Origin: Octopus sinensis
Lineage: Eukaryota
DNA: 64,000 nucleotides
Assembly (NCBI RefSeq): GCF_006345805.1
Contig: NC_043001.1
Span: 130,758,001 to 130,822,000 of the forward strand
Direction: 5' to 3'
Shown: positions 39,253 through 53,028 of the stretch, piece by piece
Layout of the letters: the number at the start of each line of letters is the position of its first letter
Position numbering within the stretch: the stretch's first letter is position 1
The notes under the pieces: model-generated
Seen by the model: only the letters and a program-made list of their open reading frames with translations
What the model was told of the DNA's origin: nothing
Databases searched by the model: none
Translations under genes and position numbers: made by a program

Positions 39253-39284
<32 letters not shown>

Positions 39285-39294
39285 TATGCACACA

Positions 39295-39325
<31 letters not shown>

Positions 39326-39629
39326 CACACACACACACACACACACAAACACACGCACGAACATAAAGCACAGTATATAAGTAGCTGTAAATACACAGCA
39401 GCAAGTAACAGTGCTCTACATAATGGAATTAGCTCTCTTTTAAGACACACACCATGATAAACTTTAATTGAATTATGTAAAAATATATGCACGGCTTCTA
39501 TCTATCAAGAACTTGACATAGTCATGATCATATAAAGAAGCTTAAGTTCAATGCTTTACCAATATTATCGGTGCCAAACATCGGCATCACTGCAGTTTTA
39601 TCAACATGTAAAGAATGTAAGATGAAGGC

Positions 39630-40324
39630 AATGGTGGTGGTGGTGGTGGTGTATGATGGTGGTGGAGGTGGAGGTGGTGGTGGTGGTGGTGGTGGTGGTG
39701 GTGGTGGTGATGGTGGTGGTGGTGGTGGTAATATTGGTGACGGTGGTGACAGTGGTGGTGATGGTGGTGGTCGTTGTGATGACGATTGTGATGACGATAT
39801 TGGTGATGGTGGTGGTGGTGATGGTGGTGGTGGTGACAGTGGTGGTGATGGTGGTGGTCGTGGTGATGCCGATTGTGATGACGATATTGGTGATGGTGGT
39901 GGTGGTGATGGTGGTGGTGGTGGTGGTGGTGGTAATATTGGTGACGGTGGTGACAGTGGTGGTGATGGTGGTGGTCGTGGTGATGCCGATTGTGATGACG
40001 ATATTGGTGATGGTGGTGGTGGTGATGGTGGTGGTGGTGGTGGTGGTGGTAATATTGGTGACGGTGGTGACAGTGGTGGTGATGGTGGTGGTCGTTGTGA
40101 TGACGATTGTGATGACGATATTGGTGATGGTGGTGGTGGTCGTGATGGTGGTGGTGGTGGTGATGGTGGTGGTGACAGTGGTGACGGTGGTGGTGATGAC
40201 GATTGTGATGACAATATTGGTGGTGGTGGTGGCGGCAATAGTGCTTTTGGCAGCAGTGCATGTAGCAATGATGATGACGATGACTGTGGTTTTGACAGTG
40301 TTGACAATGATAGTGGTGATGATG

Positions 40325-40366
<42 letters not shown>

Positions 40367-40367
40367 A

Positions 40368-40405
<38 letters not shown>

Positions 40406-40793
40406 ACTGTAGCACTACTGATGATGGTGATGGTGGTGACAGAGCTTGTGGTAGTGATATTACGATGATGATGATAATGATGAAGATGATGATGATACTA
40501 GTGACGTGAGGGTGATGGTGGGGACAACAAATAGGGTAATGATGATGTTGATGGCTATGTTTGTTCTATTGGTGATGATGATGACAACAATGATGATGTT
40601 GATTGGTCTGATGATGGATCAAAATTATTTTGGTAGTGGTGGTGGTTGTGGTGTTGGCAGTGGTGGTGTTGGCAGTGGTGGTGCTGGTAGTAATGATGAT
40701 AGTGGTAGTGATGATGGTGATGATGAGGATGCTAGTGATGAACATAGCAGTGTTGCAGTTAATCCACAACCTCATCATCAACATCACAGAGGA

Positions 40794-40825
<32 letters not shown>

Positions 40826-40830
40826 CATCA
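39630..40830. repeat. GGT/GAT/AGT trinucleotide-based higher-order repeat
   Basis: Unit atattggtgacggtggtgacagtggtggtgatggtggtggtcg recurs 4-5 times in 39730-40200. Confidence 0.9.
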
Positions 40831-40910
40831 ATGGCAATTATAATGTCTCATTTTATAACTTTGCAGATAATTTTATATACATATATATATATATATATAT
40901 ATGCATACGT

Positions 40911-40949
<39 letters not shown>

Positions 40950-41234
40950 CACATACATACATACATACATACATACGTATATATTTGTTATTTGTGTCTG
41001 TGTTCTCACCATCACTTGTGAACCAATGTTGGTGAGTTTACATCCCCGTCACTTAGTGCTTCGACAAAAAGAATCTAATCGGATAAGTACTACTCAGCTT
41101 ACGTCAATTCAATCATAGTGTTGTTTTGCACTTATAATAAAATAAATATATACAAATTATAAAAATAATTTTAAAAAATATGCAGTACAGTACTGTTTCT
41201 ACTTCATAGAATTTTACCTATTGCAGGTAATTTT

Positions 41235-41750
41235 CATTCTAACCCTCAAGACTGATATGCCCATGTAAATCCAATTTAGGAAGATTAAGTAAACTTATAT
41301 TAGATAAATATATAAACTTAATACAGTAAATAACCTTAAACTATGGAGTTGTACCTGAGATACTTTAAATTGGTTCAATAATATTAAAGATAAAAAGAAG
41401 TGTAAATTCATCCAAATAGATAGAGAAAATTACTATTCATCTATTAATGAGATTATTCTGAATAAGGTCCTTATGTATGCTAAGAGAAAGGTTAATATGG
41501 CAGATGAAGAAGTTAATGTAGTACTTACGTCGAAGAAATTCCTAATCAGATATGAAAATAAACTTTGGGCTAGGAAGGATACAAGGGATTGTTTTGATAT
41601 ATCTATGGGTGTCTCTGATTTGGCACAAATAACAGATTTAGGATTAGAACATCTTAACTTAGAAGGAGGTCTTTATAGGGATGATCTACTCTTGATAACG
41701 AAAAACTGCACTAATACATCATTAGAAATTATAAAGAAAAAAACTATAAA
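41235..41750 (+). mobile_element. Penelope-like element reverse-transcriptase remnant
   Basis: RLICPCKSNLGRLSKLILDK, WFNNIKDKKKCKFIQIDRENYYSSI, FDISMG and GLYRDD match PLE RT motifs; has a frameshift and a stop. Confidence 0.85.
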
Positions 41751-41776
41751 TTCACATACATACACACACACACATA

Positions 41777-43011
41777 TTGGGTCATCCCATAAATAATGCG
41801 TTTGTTCAATTCCAATTTGGAAGGGGATGGGATAAACTACCTAATTTAACTTGCTATAAAAGCAGGTAGTAATTTTACCTTGTACTTATTCCTAGTGCAA
41901 GTTTTGGAGAGTGCAGTTTGATTTTAACAGTTATTTTTTCAAAGCTATAATGGAAGTGTCAAAGGAACATATTCAGTATATTTTGCTTTGGATTTGGAAG
42001 CACTCCGTCGGTTACGACGACGAGGGTTCCGGTTGATCCGAATCAACAGAACAGCCTGCTCGTGAAATTAACGTGTAAGTGGCTGAGCACTCCACAGACA
42101 CGTGTACCCTTAACGTAGTTCTCGGGGATATTCAGCGTGACACAGAGAGTGACAAGGCCGGTCCTTTGAAATACAGGTACAACAGAAACAGGAAGTAAGA
42201 GTGAAAGAAAGTTGTGGTGAAAGAGTACAGCAGGGATCACCACCATCCCCTGCCGGAGCCTCGTGGAGCTTTAGGTGTTTTCGCTCAATAAACACTCACA
42301 ACGCCATATTTTGCTTTATGAGTTCAATAAAGGCAAAAATGCAATGGAAAGTTCAAGGAATATTAATGCGGCATATGGGATTGGACAATAAGCATAAGCA
42401 AGCATCAATGGTGGTTCCAGAAATTCCAAGCCAGAAACTACAGCCTAGATGAGCCTTGTCCTGAAAGATCTGCAGAGCTCAACAAGAAAATCCTGCAAAC
42501 TCTGGTGGAACAAAATCCCATCGTAACTGTTGAATAACTAGCAGGGAATCTTGGATTTGATCATTCAACCATTCATTGACACCTGTGAGCCATTGGAAAA
42601 GTCAGCAAATTGGGTCAATCGGTTCCTCACAATCTTTATGAGTCTAATTGAGTGTAGAGAATGAATCTGTACTCTTCTTTGCTGTCACAACTAATGAATG
42701 AACCACTTTTGGACTGAATAGTGACTGGTGACTAAAAACATGTGAAGCACCAAAGACAATGAATAAAGAAAGGAGAAATACTGGCATCCCAGACTAAAGA
42801 AGGTATTCACCCAAGTAAGGTGTTGTTATCTGTTTGGCGGGAGGTGAAAGGTTTAGTCCATTTTGGACTTTTAAACTCAAACTAAACAATAACAAAGGAG
42901 ATCTACAGCAAGCAGCTTGAGTGGCTTAAGTCAGTGAAGGAAGAAAAATGACCATCTTTGGTTTCCAGATGAAAGGTGATCTTCCATTAGGATAATGCTC
43001 AGCCACATACA
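41777..43011 (+). mobile_element. mariner transposon remnant (5' end plus decayed transposase), 3' truncated
   Basis: TA-ttgggtcatcccataaataatgcg terminus; MEVSKEHI...LLYEFNKG, WWFQKF, VPHNL, IVTGD and DNAQPHT; many stops. Confidence 0.9.
41996..42305 (-). mobile_element. 5'-truncated family B SINE inserted in the mariner ORF
   Basis: Lacks the tRNA head; atattttgcttt is duplicated at 41978-41989 and 42306-42317. Confidence 0.9.
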
Positions 43012-43012
43012 G

Positions 43013-44935
43013 TTCAAACTGGATGAATTAATGCCAAATATGTTCAAATGCCTGATTTTTACACAGGGACTAACTACAGAAAAAGATGCGGAAGTTAGAA
43101 CTAGACTTTTCACAAAGCTGGAATGAAACCAGGATGTAACCTGACAATAAGTGTCAGAAGAATGTGAAAGGACAGTCAAATCATGAGACGACACAGAGGA
43201 AATTGAATGTAAATATTGCTCCCAAGTAATATAAGCATGAAATAGTCAGAATAGAGACAAAGTGTTTTTTTCTAAAAGACACAACAAAAATAAGGGAAAT
43301 AACCAACGTTTTGCATGTGGAAGTATACACCCAAGGGAAAACTGTCCATGTAAAAAAGCGGAAGGTTTTCATTGTGGAAATAGAGGACATGTAAAGATGC
43401 ACTGTAGAACAAAGATGATAAAACGTCAAAACAAAGGAAAAATAATAAATAGATGAAATTGAATAGATGAAATTGATCAGGTGAAATTGATAATATAACG
43501 ATGAGGAACTTCATGAAGGTTAAAATCAGAAATATAAGTGTTAAAATGCAATTGGACACTGGTAGTGATATTACCATCATAGGCAAAAAAACATGGAGTT
43601 ATGTCAGTAAGCTGAAATTAAATTGAGAAAGATTGCACATGGTGTTATGGGAAAAAGATTATATCTTTTTGGTGAATTCTTATGTAATATAACATTTTGA
43701 GGTCAAACAAAAAAAGCAAAGATATATGTATTAAAAGATTCACTTAATTTATTTGACACAGAATGGAGTATTTATAGTTGAAAATACTAGGGCATCCGGA
43801 TGGTTTGTTCAGACTGATACCAAAACACTGTGAGCCATTTGATGATAATGTAATTGCAGCTCTAAGAGCTGAAGGTGAAGTAAAAACCATAATGTAGAAT
43901 GTGGTATGAAAATTATCAGTAACCTTAGGAGATATAAAATGGAATGCGGTAAAAGACAATTTCATAAAGGAAACAAAAAGAACACTGATGTCAACAAAAG
44001 AAAATGTTGAGAGAATTTCACATCAGACATCCTGGTATTTCAAGGAAGAAATCTTTAATGTGTAGTTATCTATACTGGCTGGAAATGGACAGAGAAATCG
44101 AAAATTTGGTGCAAGGGTGTAAAATGTGAACTTTGGCCAAAAGTAGATGTTCCATAGTTGAGATTACACGTTGATTTTGCCAATCCTTTAAAATGGTTCT
44201 TACTACTTAGTGATAATTGATAGGTTTTCGAAATGGCCTGAAATTTGTAAGTGTATAAAATCAACTTCCTCAACTGTGATAAATTTTTTACATGAATTGT
44301 TAGCGAGATTTGACATTTCAGACAAGATAGTGTCTGACAATGAAATGCAATTTGTGTATAGTGAATTTTAAAAATTTTGTGAAACATTCATGGTGGAACA
44401 TCCCAGATCTAATGGGCAGGCAGAACACTTTGTCAATACCTTCAAAAGAGCCCTTGGAATATTGAACAAGGAAGTTACGGATGAGGTAACTCTGCAACAA
44501 TTTTTAAGAGTGTACCATGTGATGCCAAATCCAAATACACCAACAGATAGCTCACCAGCAGAGCTAATGTTTACAAGGAAAGTAAAATCAGCTTTTGATA
44601 AATTGGTACCTAGCAAGAAAAGAAAATGTGCCAGAGAAGACATAGCAAGATTCTTTAAAGTTGGTGAAAAGATGTATATGAGAGCAAACAAGCAAGAATG
44701 GAAAGCAGAGATGGGAAGATGGTATAATTACCAGATGCATAGGTAAAATGATGTATTGGGCAAAAAGTAGAAAAGGCATACAAAAGAGATACAGGAACCA
44801 ACTGAAAAAGAGATTCATGGAAAGCAACCCAAAGAAGTTGGAGGAATCGATGGAATGGTTGTATGGAATGGTTCCAAGTACCAATGACACTGCTGGTGAT
44901 TGAACCCAGTTTAAGATTCTACAATGAGAGTTAGA
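43013..44935 (+). mobile_element. Ty3/Gypsy remnant: gag, protease and integrase present, RT and most of RNase H deleted
   Basis: Gag zinc knuckles (CGSIHPRENC, HCGNRGHVKMHC), protease LDTGSD at 43552-43569, an RNase H end resembling GHADGLSRL, integrase HPGISR...YW, LHVDFA, VSDN and HPRSNGQAE. No LTR seen. Confidence 0.9.
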
Positions 44936-44954
44936 CAAATTTTCACCACAACCT

Positions 44955-45154
44955 TGCCTGGCCTCCATGCCGGTGGCATGTAAAAAGCACCCACTACACT
45001 CACGGAGTGGTTGGCGTTAGGAAGGGCATCCAGCTGTAGAAACACTGCCAGATCAGACTGGGCCTGGTGCAGCCTTCTGGCTTCCCAGACCCCAGTTGAA
45101 CCGTCCAACCCATGCTAGCATGGAAAGCGGACGCTAAATGATGATGATGATGAT
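44955..45154 (+). mobile_element. Family C RTE-type tail
   Basis: ggaagggcatccagctgtag...gcggacgctaaatgatgatg. Confidence 0.88.
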
Positions 45155-45570
45155 GAGGCTTAATAAGGATGAAACATATCCAGATTTTTCACTGTACTTC
45201 TCATGTTCAGACTCAATGTATTCTATATTTATTGTTTTGTTTTCTTTTATTTGTTTCAGTCATTAGACAATGGCCATGTTGGGGCACAACCTTTATCAAA
45301 CTGACCCCCAGTTTTTGTCAAACTGTTATGTTACAGGGATACAATTCTCCAATAATACTTGTCAAATGGAGAAGTGACAAACTGAAACTTAAAGATAAAA
45401 ACATACACACAATCAAGCTTCTGCACAGTTTCCATTTACTAAATTGGTCAGCCTTGGTCTATTACAGAAAATGCCCAGCGCTGCACTAAATCTCATACTA
45501 TATAGTTGCATTGCAAACTTCTTTATCACACAGCCACAACTGCACTTTAACGAACTCTGATAAGTATATA

Positions 45571-45801
45571 TTTCTTCTCTACCCACAAGGGGCTAAACAC
45601 AGAGAGGACAAAGAAGGACAGACAAACGGATTAAGTCAATTACATCGACCCCAGTGCGTAACTGGTACTTAATTTATCGACCCCGAAAGGATGAAAGGCA
45701 AAGTCGACCTTGGTGGAATTTGAACTCAGAACGTAACAGCAGACGAAATACGGCTACGCATTTCGCCCGGCATGCTAACGTTTCAGCCAGCTCCCCACCT
45801 T
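45571..45801 (-). mobile_element. SINE family D, full length
   Basis: Minus strand: A-box-like ctggctgaaacgttagc, B box gagttcaaattcc, gactttgcctttcatcctttcggggtcgataaa middle, ccccttgtgggtag tail; second copy at 61793-62024. Confidence 0.88.
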
Positions 45802-46581
45802 TGATAAGTATAGTCTGCATGAAGTATTGTCTGACATATCATGTGATCATGTGACCAACCAGACTAAAAGATGCTGTTGCACATCGCTGGTCACAATGTG
45901 ATTTTTGTATTGTTTTAGTCTTCAAATGACACCACCCCACTGGCTAGGCAAACAAGCCAACAATCTAACCACCTTGATAGAGAGGAGTTACTGGAGCAAC
46001 GTAAAATGAAGTGTTTAGCTCAAGAACACAATGCACTGCCAAGTCTGGGAATTGAACCCATGATCTAAAGCCAAAACAATGCAAGTTATAAGAAATATGC
46101 AAGTCAATGGTTTATACTTTTACTTTGTCAATTTTACAGAGTTAGGACTCTTTCTTCAAGTAGTCCCAAGAGAAATGGTGTAAGCTATTGTAAGAAGTGT
46201 TGGCTTCTCAGTTCTTGGGTTGTTTCTCCCTAATATTTTTTAATTAGAATTAATCATTTATATATAATGCCAGTGTCATATACCTAACACCCATGCTGAT
46301 GGCATGAAAAATGCATCCTTCAAACTTTGGGCCTCACAGTGGTTGTGATAAGTGACCGAGACCTTTGGCAATACACCTTGCTTGAGAAGACCTGTCAAAC
46401 CAAGTGACATTGTAGTTATGACCAATACTAGTGGCATGTAAAAAGCACCCACTACACTGCCAGTTCGCCACCTTAGTGGCAAGCTGGCATAATCGTTAGC
46501 ATGCTGGACAAAATGCTTAGCGGTATTTCTTCCGCCTGTACTCACTGAGTTCAAATTTCCGCCTAGGTCCACTTTGCTTTT

Positions 46582-47300
46582 AGGCGTAGGAGTGGCTGTA
46601 TGGTAAGTAGCTTGCTTACGAACCACATGGTTCTGGGTTCAGTCCCACTGCATGGTACCTTGGGCAAGTATCTTCTACTATAGCCTCGAGCAGACCAAAG
46701 CCTTGTGAGTGGATTTGGCAACCGATGCTGATGTATTTATATCCCCATAACTTAGCGTTTCAGCAAAATAGACCGATAGAATAAGTACTAGGCTTACAAA
46801 GAATAAGTCTTGCGGTTGATTTGCTCGACTAAAAGTGGTGCTCCATCATGGCCGCAGTCAAATGACTGAGACAAGTAAAAAGAGAGTAACAGACAGTACG
46901 CTCTTGGAGTGGTTGGCATTAGGAAGGGCAACCAGCTGTAGAAACAATGCCAGATCAGACTGAAACCTAGTGCAGCTCCCCCGGCTTACCAGTTTCCGGT
47001 CAAGCTGTCCAACCTATGCCAGCATAGGAAACAGACATTAAATGATGATGATGATGATGATGATGACTATTCTCAACAGTGAAGTTGAAATTTTTAAAAA
47101 AATTTTAAATTCTTGATTTACTGTAATAGACCAAGGCGCAGGAGTGGCTGTGTGGTAAGTAGCTTGCTAACCAACCACATGATTCCGGGTTCAGTCCCAC
47201 TACGTGTCACCTCAGGCAAGTGTCTTCTACTGTAGCCTCAGGCCGACCAAAGCCTTGTGAGTGGATTTGGTAGACGGAAACTGAAAAGAAGCCCGTTGTA

Positions 47301-47346
<46 letters not shown>

Positions 47347-47584
47347 TGTGTGTGTGTTTGTGTGAGTGTGTTTGTGTGAGTGTGTTTGTCCCCCTAGCAT
47401 TGCTTGGCAACCGATGCTGGTGTGTTTATGTCCCCGTCACTTAGCGGTTCGGCAAAATAGACCGATAGAATAAGTACTGGGCTTACAAAAGAATAAGTCC
47501 CGGGGTCGAGTTGCTCAATTAAAAGGCGGTGCTCCAGCATGGCCGCAGTCAAATGACTGAAACAAGTAAAAGAGTAAAAGAGTA
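46582..47584 (+). mobile_element. Cluster: SINE A (46582-46889), family C tail (46900-47066), SINE A (47135-47584)
   Basis: Each part matches its family as seen elsewhere in the window. Confidence 0.88.
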
Positions 47585-47859
47585 CTATATCAATTGTATT
47601 AACGATAGCTTCACATTCTAGTACAACTCGCTTTTTAATTTCATTTTTGCACCAACAACACTAATGATATTGATGCTAGTGATGATGATAATAATAATGA
47701 TAATGATGACATGAATCTTGTCTGAGATTTTTTAAAAGTACAATTCTCACTATTACTTATTAAAACATTATTCTTTGCTTTGTTTCTTTGTCTTTTTTGA
47801 CATTCTCTATTTCTATATATGTATTTACTGAATTTCTTTTGGCTTCCGCTTAATACATA

Positions 47860-48130
47860 TACATACATACATACATACAAACATACAAACATACAAACAT
47901 ACATACATACATATATACATACATACATACATACATACATACATACATACATACATACATACATACATACACACACACATACATACATACATACATACAT
48001 ACATACATACATACACACATACATACATACATACATACATACATACATACAGACATACATACATACACACATACATATATACATACATACACACACACAT
48101 ACATACACACACACATACATATATACATAC
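47860..48130. repeat. (TACA)n array
   Basis: Directly visible. Confidence 0.95.
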
Positions 48131-48952
48131 ATATATATTTATATCTGTGTAAATTAAATTTATCTTTTATCTATGATGAAGCTCTTACCATAGTGACAAC
48201 ATCATCTTGTCTTGTACAACCAATACAACTTTTAGTGCTGCTGATTCTTCTTCTTTTACAACAACTACTACTACTACTACTACAAACAACAACAACAGCA
48301 ATAGTAATAGTAATAATAATAACAACTACCACTACCACCACCACCACCACCACCACCATAAGCACTACTACCACAACCAGAAGTAGCAGTATTAGTGGTA
48401 GTTTTTTCGAATATAGAAACAAGTGTATTGTAAATATTTTATATGGAGATTCATAGTGGTGTTGGCAGTGGTATTAATAATATTCCATCACCACCACTGC
48501 CACCATCACATCACTATACTACTATTACAACTATCACTGCTAATGTTATTAGAGTTGATATGGCTAATGCGAATGACTGATTAGCATTGGTAACACCAGT
48601 TATCACTAACATCAGCACCACTACCACCAATGCTACTGTCATCGTCATCGTTGTCAACCTCCTCAAGTTCTTGTTATTTTTTTGTTTGGAATATTTTTTA
48701 TATTGATAAGAGTTAAATACATTTGCATCACAGCATATTGTGCTTGCTAATTCATTTGAGTCATTGCTTCTCGACATATTTGATTTGGCTGGAGTTTTTA
48801 TAATTTTTGGTTTCCTTTGCTACTGTCAACTACAAACTGAGTGAACTACACGCATTTATTGCAGTACCAGTAATACATGAATGCACATGGCCTAGTGTTT
48901 ATGTTGCTGGAGTCACATCAGAATCATATTGTAGTGGGTTTGATTGTTAGAT

Positions 48953-49237
48953 AGATAGTTAGTTAGTTAGTTAATTTTTTGGCTCAAAAAGCAAAAAGCA
49001 AGTCCATCTTGGAGTTATGTACAGGGTGGTGTTCATGCAAAGAGTTCAGGCCATTTGTGGTCAAGGGAGACTTTGAACCGAGCGGTCGTCGGCATCTTCA
49101 CTATCTCGTCCGGCAGCTTATTCCACGGATCCGCAACCCGGACGGAGAAAGCCCCCTCTCCTTCGATTGAGATGAAATCGTCGCAGATAGAGCTTTTCGG
49201 AGTGACCCCGCAGCCGACGCTCTGGAAGAGATGGTGC
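48953..49237 (-). mobile_element. CR1-clade LINE 3' end
   Basis: Minus frame RLRGHSEKL...GAFSVRVADPWNKLPDEIV...FKVSLD, then a short UTR and an (AACT)n tail. Confidence 0.88.
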
Positions 49238-49445
49238 TAATGGTGCTTAATCATATAGGCTGTTTTCAGTATGTTTGATTTGGCTACAGTTCTTTCATTT
49301 TGGTTCTCCTTTCTACTGTCAACCAAAAATTGTGTAACCCAAAGATATTTGCTCTCAGTATATATCAGTAATTTATGAGAGCAGAGTAACATAATGATTC
49401 AGTCAATGGACTCACAATTATAAGGTCCTGTGTACTTTAAATATC

Positions 49446-49672
49446 TTAACCCTTTAGTATTTAAACCGGCCATATCCGGCCAAAATAGTTAATCTGTTTT
49501 ATGTTTAAACTGACCAGATCCAGGCTCTCACACCTACCCTACAATGTTATTCTACATTAAGTAATTACACCATCAAGATCTTGAAGATATGAGATAATGC
49601 ATGATTAATTCAAATCAATGGGAATCAATAGGCATTATGTTTGATAGAATAATCTGAACACTAAAGGGTTAA
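49446..49672 (+). mobile_element. piggyBac-like MITE
   Basis: TTAA-ccctttagtattt ... acactaaaggg-TTAA. Confidence 0.85.
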
Positions 49673-49754
49673 ATATGAACCTTAACAACCAAGACCAATA
49701 AATAGTGTAATCAAGGCAAAATATTGTGTGCAATTTTACTGAATATTTTTCTTT

Positions 49755-50045
49755 GGTGCATGGCTTATGGGTTAGAGCATCAAGCTCACAACCACGAGGT
49801 AGTGAGTTTGATTCTCGGACCAGGCTGTGTATTGTGTTTATTCTACATTGCTCCAGTTTTCTCAGCTGTGGAAATGAGTTGTGACATCACTGGTTCCAGG
49901 CTGTATCGGCCTTTGCCTTGGATACCATCAGTGGTGTGGAAAGAGGAGGCTGGTATGCATGGCCAACTGCTGGTCTACCATAAACAACCTTGCATGGACT
50001 TGTGCCTCAGGGGATAACTTTTTAGGTGCAATTCCATGGTCATTC
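49755..50045 (+). mobile_element. Old SINE with an F-like head and a different tail
   Basis: tggcttatgggttagagc head and acattgctccag...cagctg...aaatgagt middle resemble family F; the 3' part does not match tail B. Confidence 0.55.
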
Positions 50046-51696
50046 ATAACCAAAAGGGGTCCTTTTTTTTTTATTGCTGAGGAGATTTAATAAGGTAGGA
50101 ACAAGTTTGGAGTTATCTCTTGTATTCACTGATATAACACAAATACTGTTTAATTAGTGTTTTAACATACCCTGCATGAAATATGTTAATACTAACTTAA
50201 TTGCTGTCTCCAAAGCAAAAAGCAAGCTTGTGTAATTTATTCTCTGGGAAATTGTATTATGTAGGGATAAAATAGAGGGGCTTGAAGGGTAAATAGTAGT
50301 AAGCTCTCTTCCTCTAAGGAATTCACAAATACATTGTTTAGAAACAAAGAAAATATTCTATGAAATAACAAAAGATGAAAGGTGGAGGTATGAGCTGGTG
50401 GGGGAGACTAAATAAAAATAACAACAACCCTAGCGACTACACTAAACAAGCAATAAAGAATAGGGAGGAGGTGGAGGAAAGATGAACATGAAAAGTGGTT
50501 ATATTTTAGTGAATTTCTTATTGGGTAAGTTCATTTGATGGGTAGAAAGGATGAGAGAAGTTACTAGTAAATGAACGATAGTGTATGAAGAGGGGTTGTT
50601 GTGGCAATGAATAGGGGAGTGGCAGTGGTGGTGGGTAATATTCAAGCAGGATAACTAATGATCGATTCTTGTAATTAGTTCTATAAAAAGTAACTGATAC
50701 AAACTAATGAAATGATTGCGAAAGTAAGAATGAAAAAAAAATGTTTAAAAATTTTAGAATAAAATTTGATAAGTAAAAAAAAAATAAGATAATTAAGGGA
50801 TAAAAACAGATCTACAGCTTAAAATATACTGCGAAAAAAAAAAAAAGAATGATGGAATTAATAGAGGAATGAGGAATGATATCTGAAAAATTGAGTGGAT
50901 AATAAGGCAAACGAGGTACTAAAAAAAACTAATAAAAAAGCATGTATAAATGAGAGAGGGGGAGAAAGGGAGAGAGAGAATTAAAAAGTGAAGGTTTAAA
51001 AGAGTAAGGAAATATGAGCAGAGAGGAAAATAATAATACTAATGAAGAATAAAAACAAAAAAATAATAATAAATAAAATAAACAGAAGTAGATAAGATAA
51101 TGAAAATTTAAGGAAAAATTACAAAGAGAAAGTGAAAGTAGAAAAACATGATAAATAACTAAATAGATAACCAAATTTAAGTACAAGCTCACAAAAAAAA
51201 AGACCACAAAAATACCAAAAAAAAAAGCAACAAACTAATCAGTAAAAATCATGGACCATTCATTTAGTTTTTCAAACTTAACAATGAGTTATTCTTTTAA
51301 AAATAATTGGATCATTTTTACTTTCATGGAAATAGTTTTATATTAAGGTGTGGTGTTTCATTTTCTGTTTGGCGTTTCATTCTTCTTCTTCTTCTTCTTC
51401 CGATTCTTCTTCTTCTGCTTCTTCTTCTTCTTCTTCATCGTCGTCGTCGTCATCGTTGTTGTTCATCATTGTTGTTCTTCTATTGGTTCTTTTAGCGTAA
51501 TACAGTTTTGGAGAGTTTTTTTCTTCTTCTTCATTTTGCTTTTTATTTTTCATTTTGATTTTATTAATCTCTTACAATTTTTCAAATAAAAAAGAAACTT
51601 ATAATCTTTGCTATTGTCTTTAAAACATCTATTTTTTAAACCAGCATGTGTGTTTGTGTGTATATGTATATATACAAGCACACATGCAGGTTTCAA

Positions 51697-51736
<40 letters not shown>

Positions 51737-53028
51737 ACCATGTACACACACAGATATGCTTATATATGTATATATGCATGAATATTATATATATGTATAT
51801 GCATATATATATAAAGCATACATGCATACAAACATAAATATATATGTTAACTATAAGCATATATATAAGGACATGTATATATATATATTTATATATGTAT
51901 ATATGCATGTATGTACATAGACACACATATATATATACACACACAAACATGCATGCATACTTATACATGCATACACATGTACATATAGTTTTTTATTTCC
52001 TTACAAAATGTCATTTTTTAACTTTCTTCTCTATTGTAAAAATTTTCCCTTTGTTTTCTTTCTGTACTTCTAATTTTTCTTCTCTATTCTGAAAATAGTT
52101 TATTATTTAGTTTTTCACTCTCTTCCACTAATGTAAAACTAAAAGATGAACCGCCACAAAGTTTTACTGATGTACATCTAACAATAAACATCACGGTACT
52201 TTTGTTTGCAATGAACCTGATGTTATTGTGGAAAAGCTAAAAACTAACAACAATGTACAAAACCCTACTTCTTTTTTTCTCTCTCTCTCTTTTCTATTCC
52301 TTCTCCTCTGTTTCAACAAAGCTCTTTTTTTAATTTTTTAATTTTATTTATTTTTAAAAAATTTTATTTTATTTTATTTTGCTAATTGTCAAAAGATACC
52401 ACTGTTCTTTCATCTTCATTGTTATATGGTTTGATATACAATTTCCAGAAGAGCTAAGGGATTGAATATCACAGTAAATAAAATTTCTTTTCATTGATAT
52501 GGCTGGGTTTCCTTTCTTTCTTTTTTTCTTTCTCTATTAAATTAAAGAATACGGTGATAAAGTCTTTTATTTCCTCATGCATGAGAGATGATGCAAGAAC
52601 TACCTGCTTTGAGGTTTTCATTTCTTAGGCCTTGTCAACTTAAGAAAGAAATGTACAAAGCAAGTTATTATTGGCAGAGAAAAAAACAAAACATCTATTG
52701 TACTATTTAAATTTATATTTTCCAATAAATTTTTTATTGCAATTTTTTGATTTTTCTTTCCTTATTATCTGCATTTTCATTGCATATCAATATAAAATGT
52801 GACAATCTGTAAACTTAGATATTTTTCAAAACATCTAGGCATGGCAGTATGGTTGTAAAAATCCTTTTGCAACTGTGTGGTCTTGAGTTTGGTCCCACTG
52901 CAGTAAAATGCAATCATGCATCCGGCAAAAATCCTAATAAAGATTCATAAGATTTGAGGACACTTGTCCACAAGCCTCAAGACAATATCTCTGCTAACTA
53001 AAGTAGCATGCAAAAATAGCTTTATAAT

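Noticed and set aside
39528-40509. Gly/Asp-, Pro/Ser-, His- and Val-rich ORFs as structural proteins
   Set aside because: Four overlapping frames are open only because the array is made of GGT/GAT/AGT; no clear signal peptide or known repeat motif. Expression data would be needed to reopen this.
47135-47215. tRNA genes
   Set aside because: The A and B boxes belong to SINE heads that run on into SINE bodies; I could not fold a complete cloverleaf.
48171-48777. Membrane-protein-like minus-strand ORFs
   Set aside because: The hydrophobic runs come from GTG/GTA/ATT repeats and the frames stop early.
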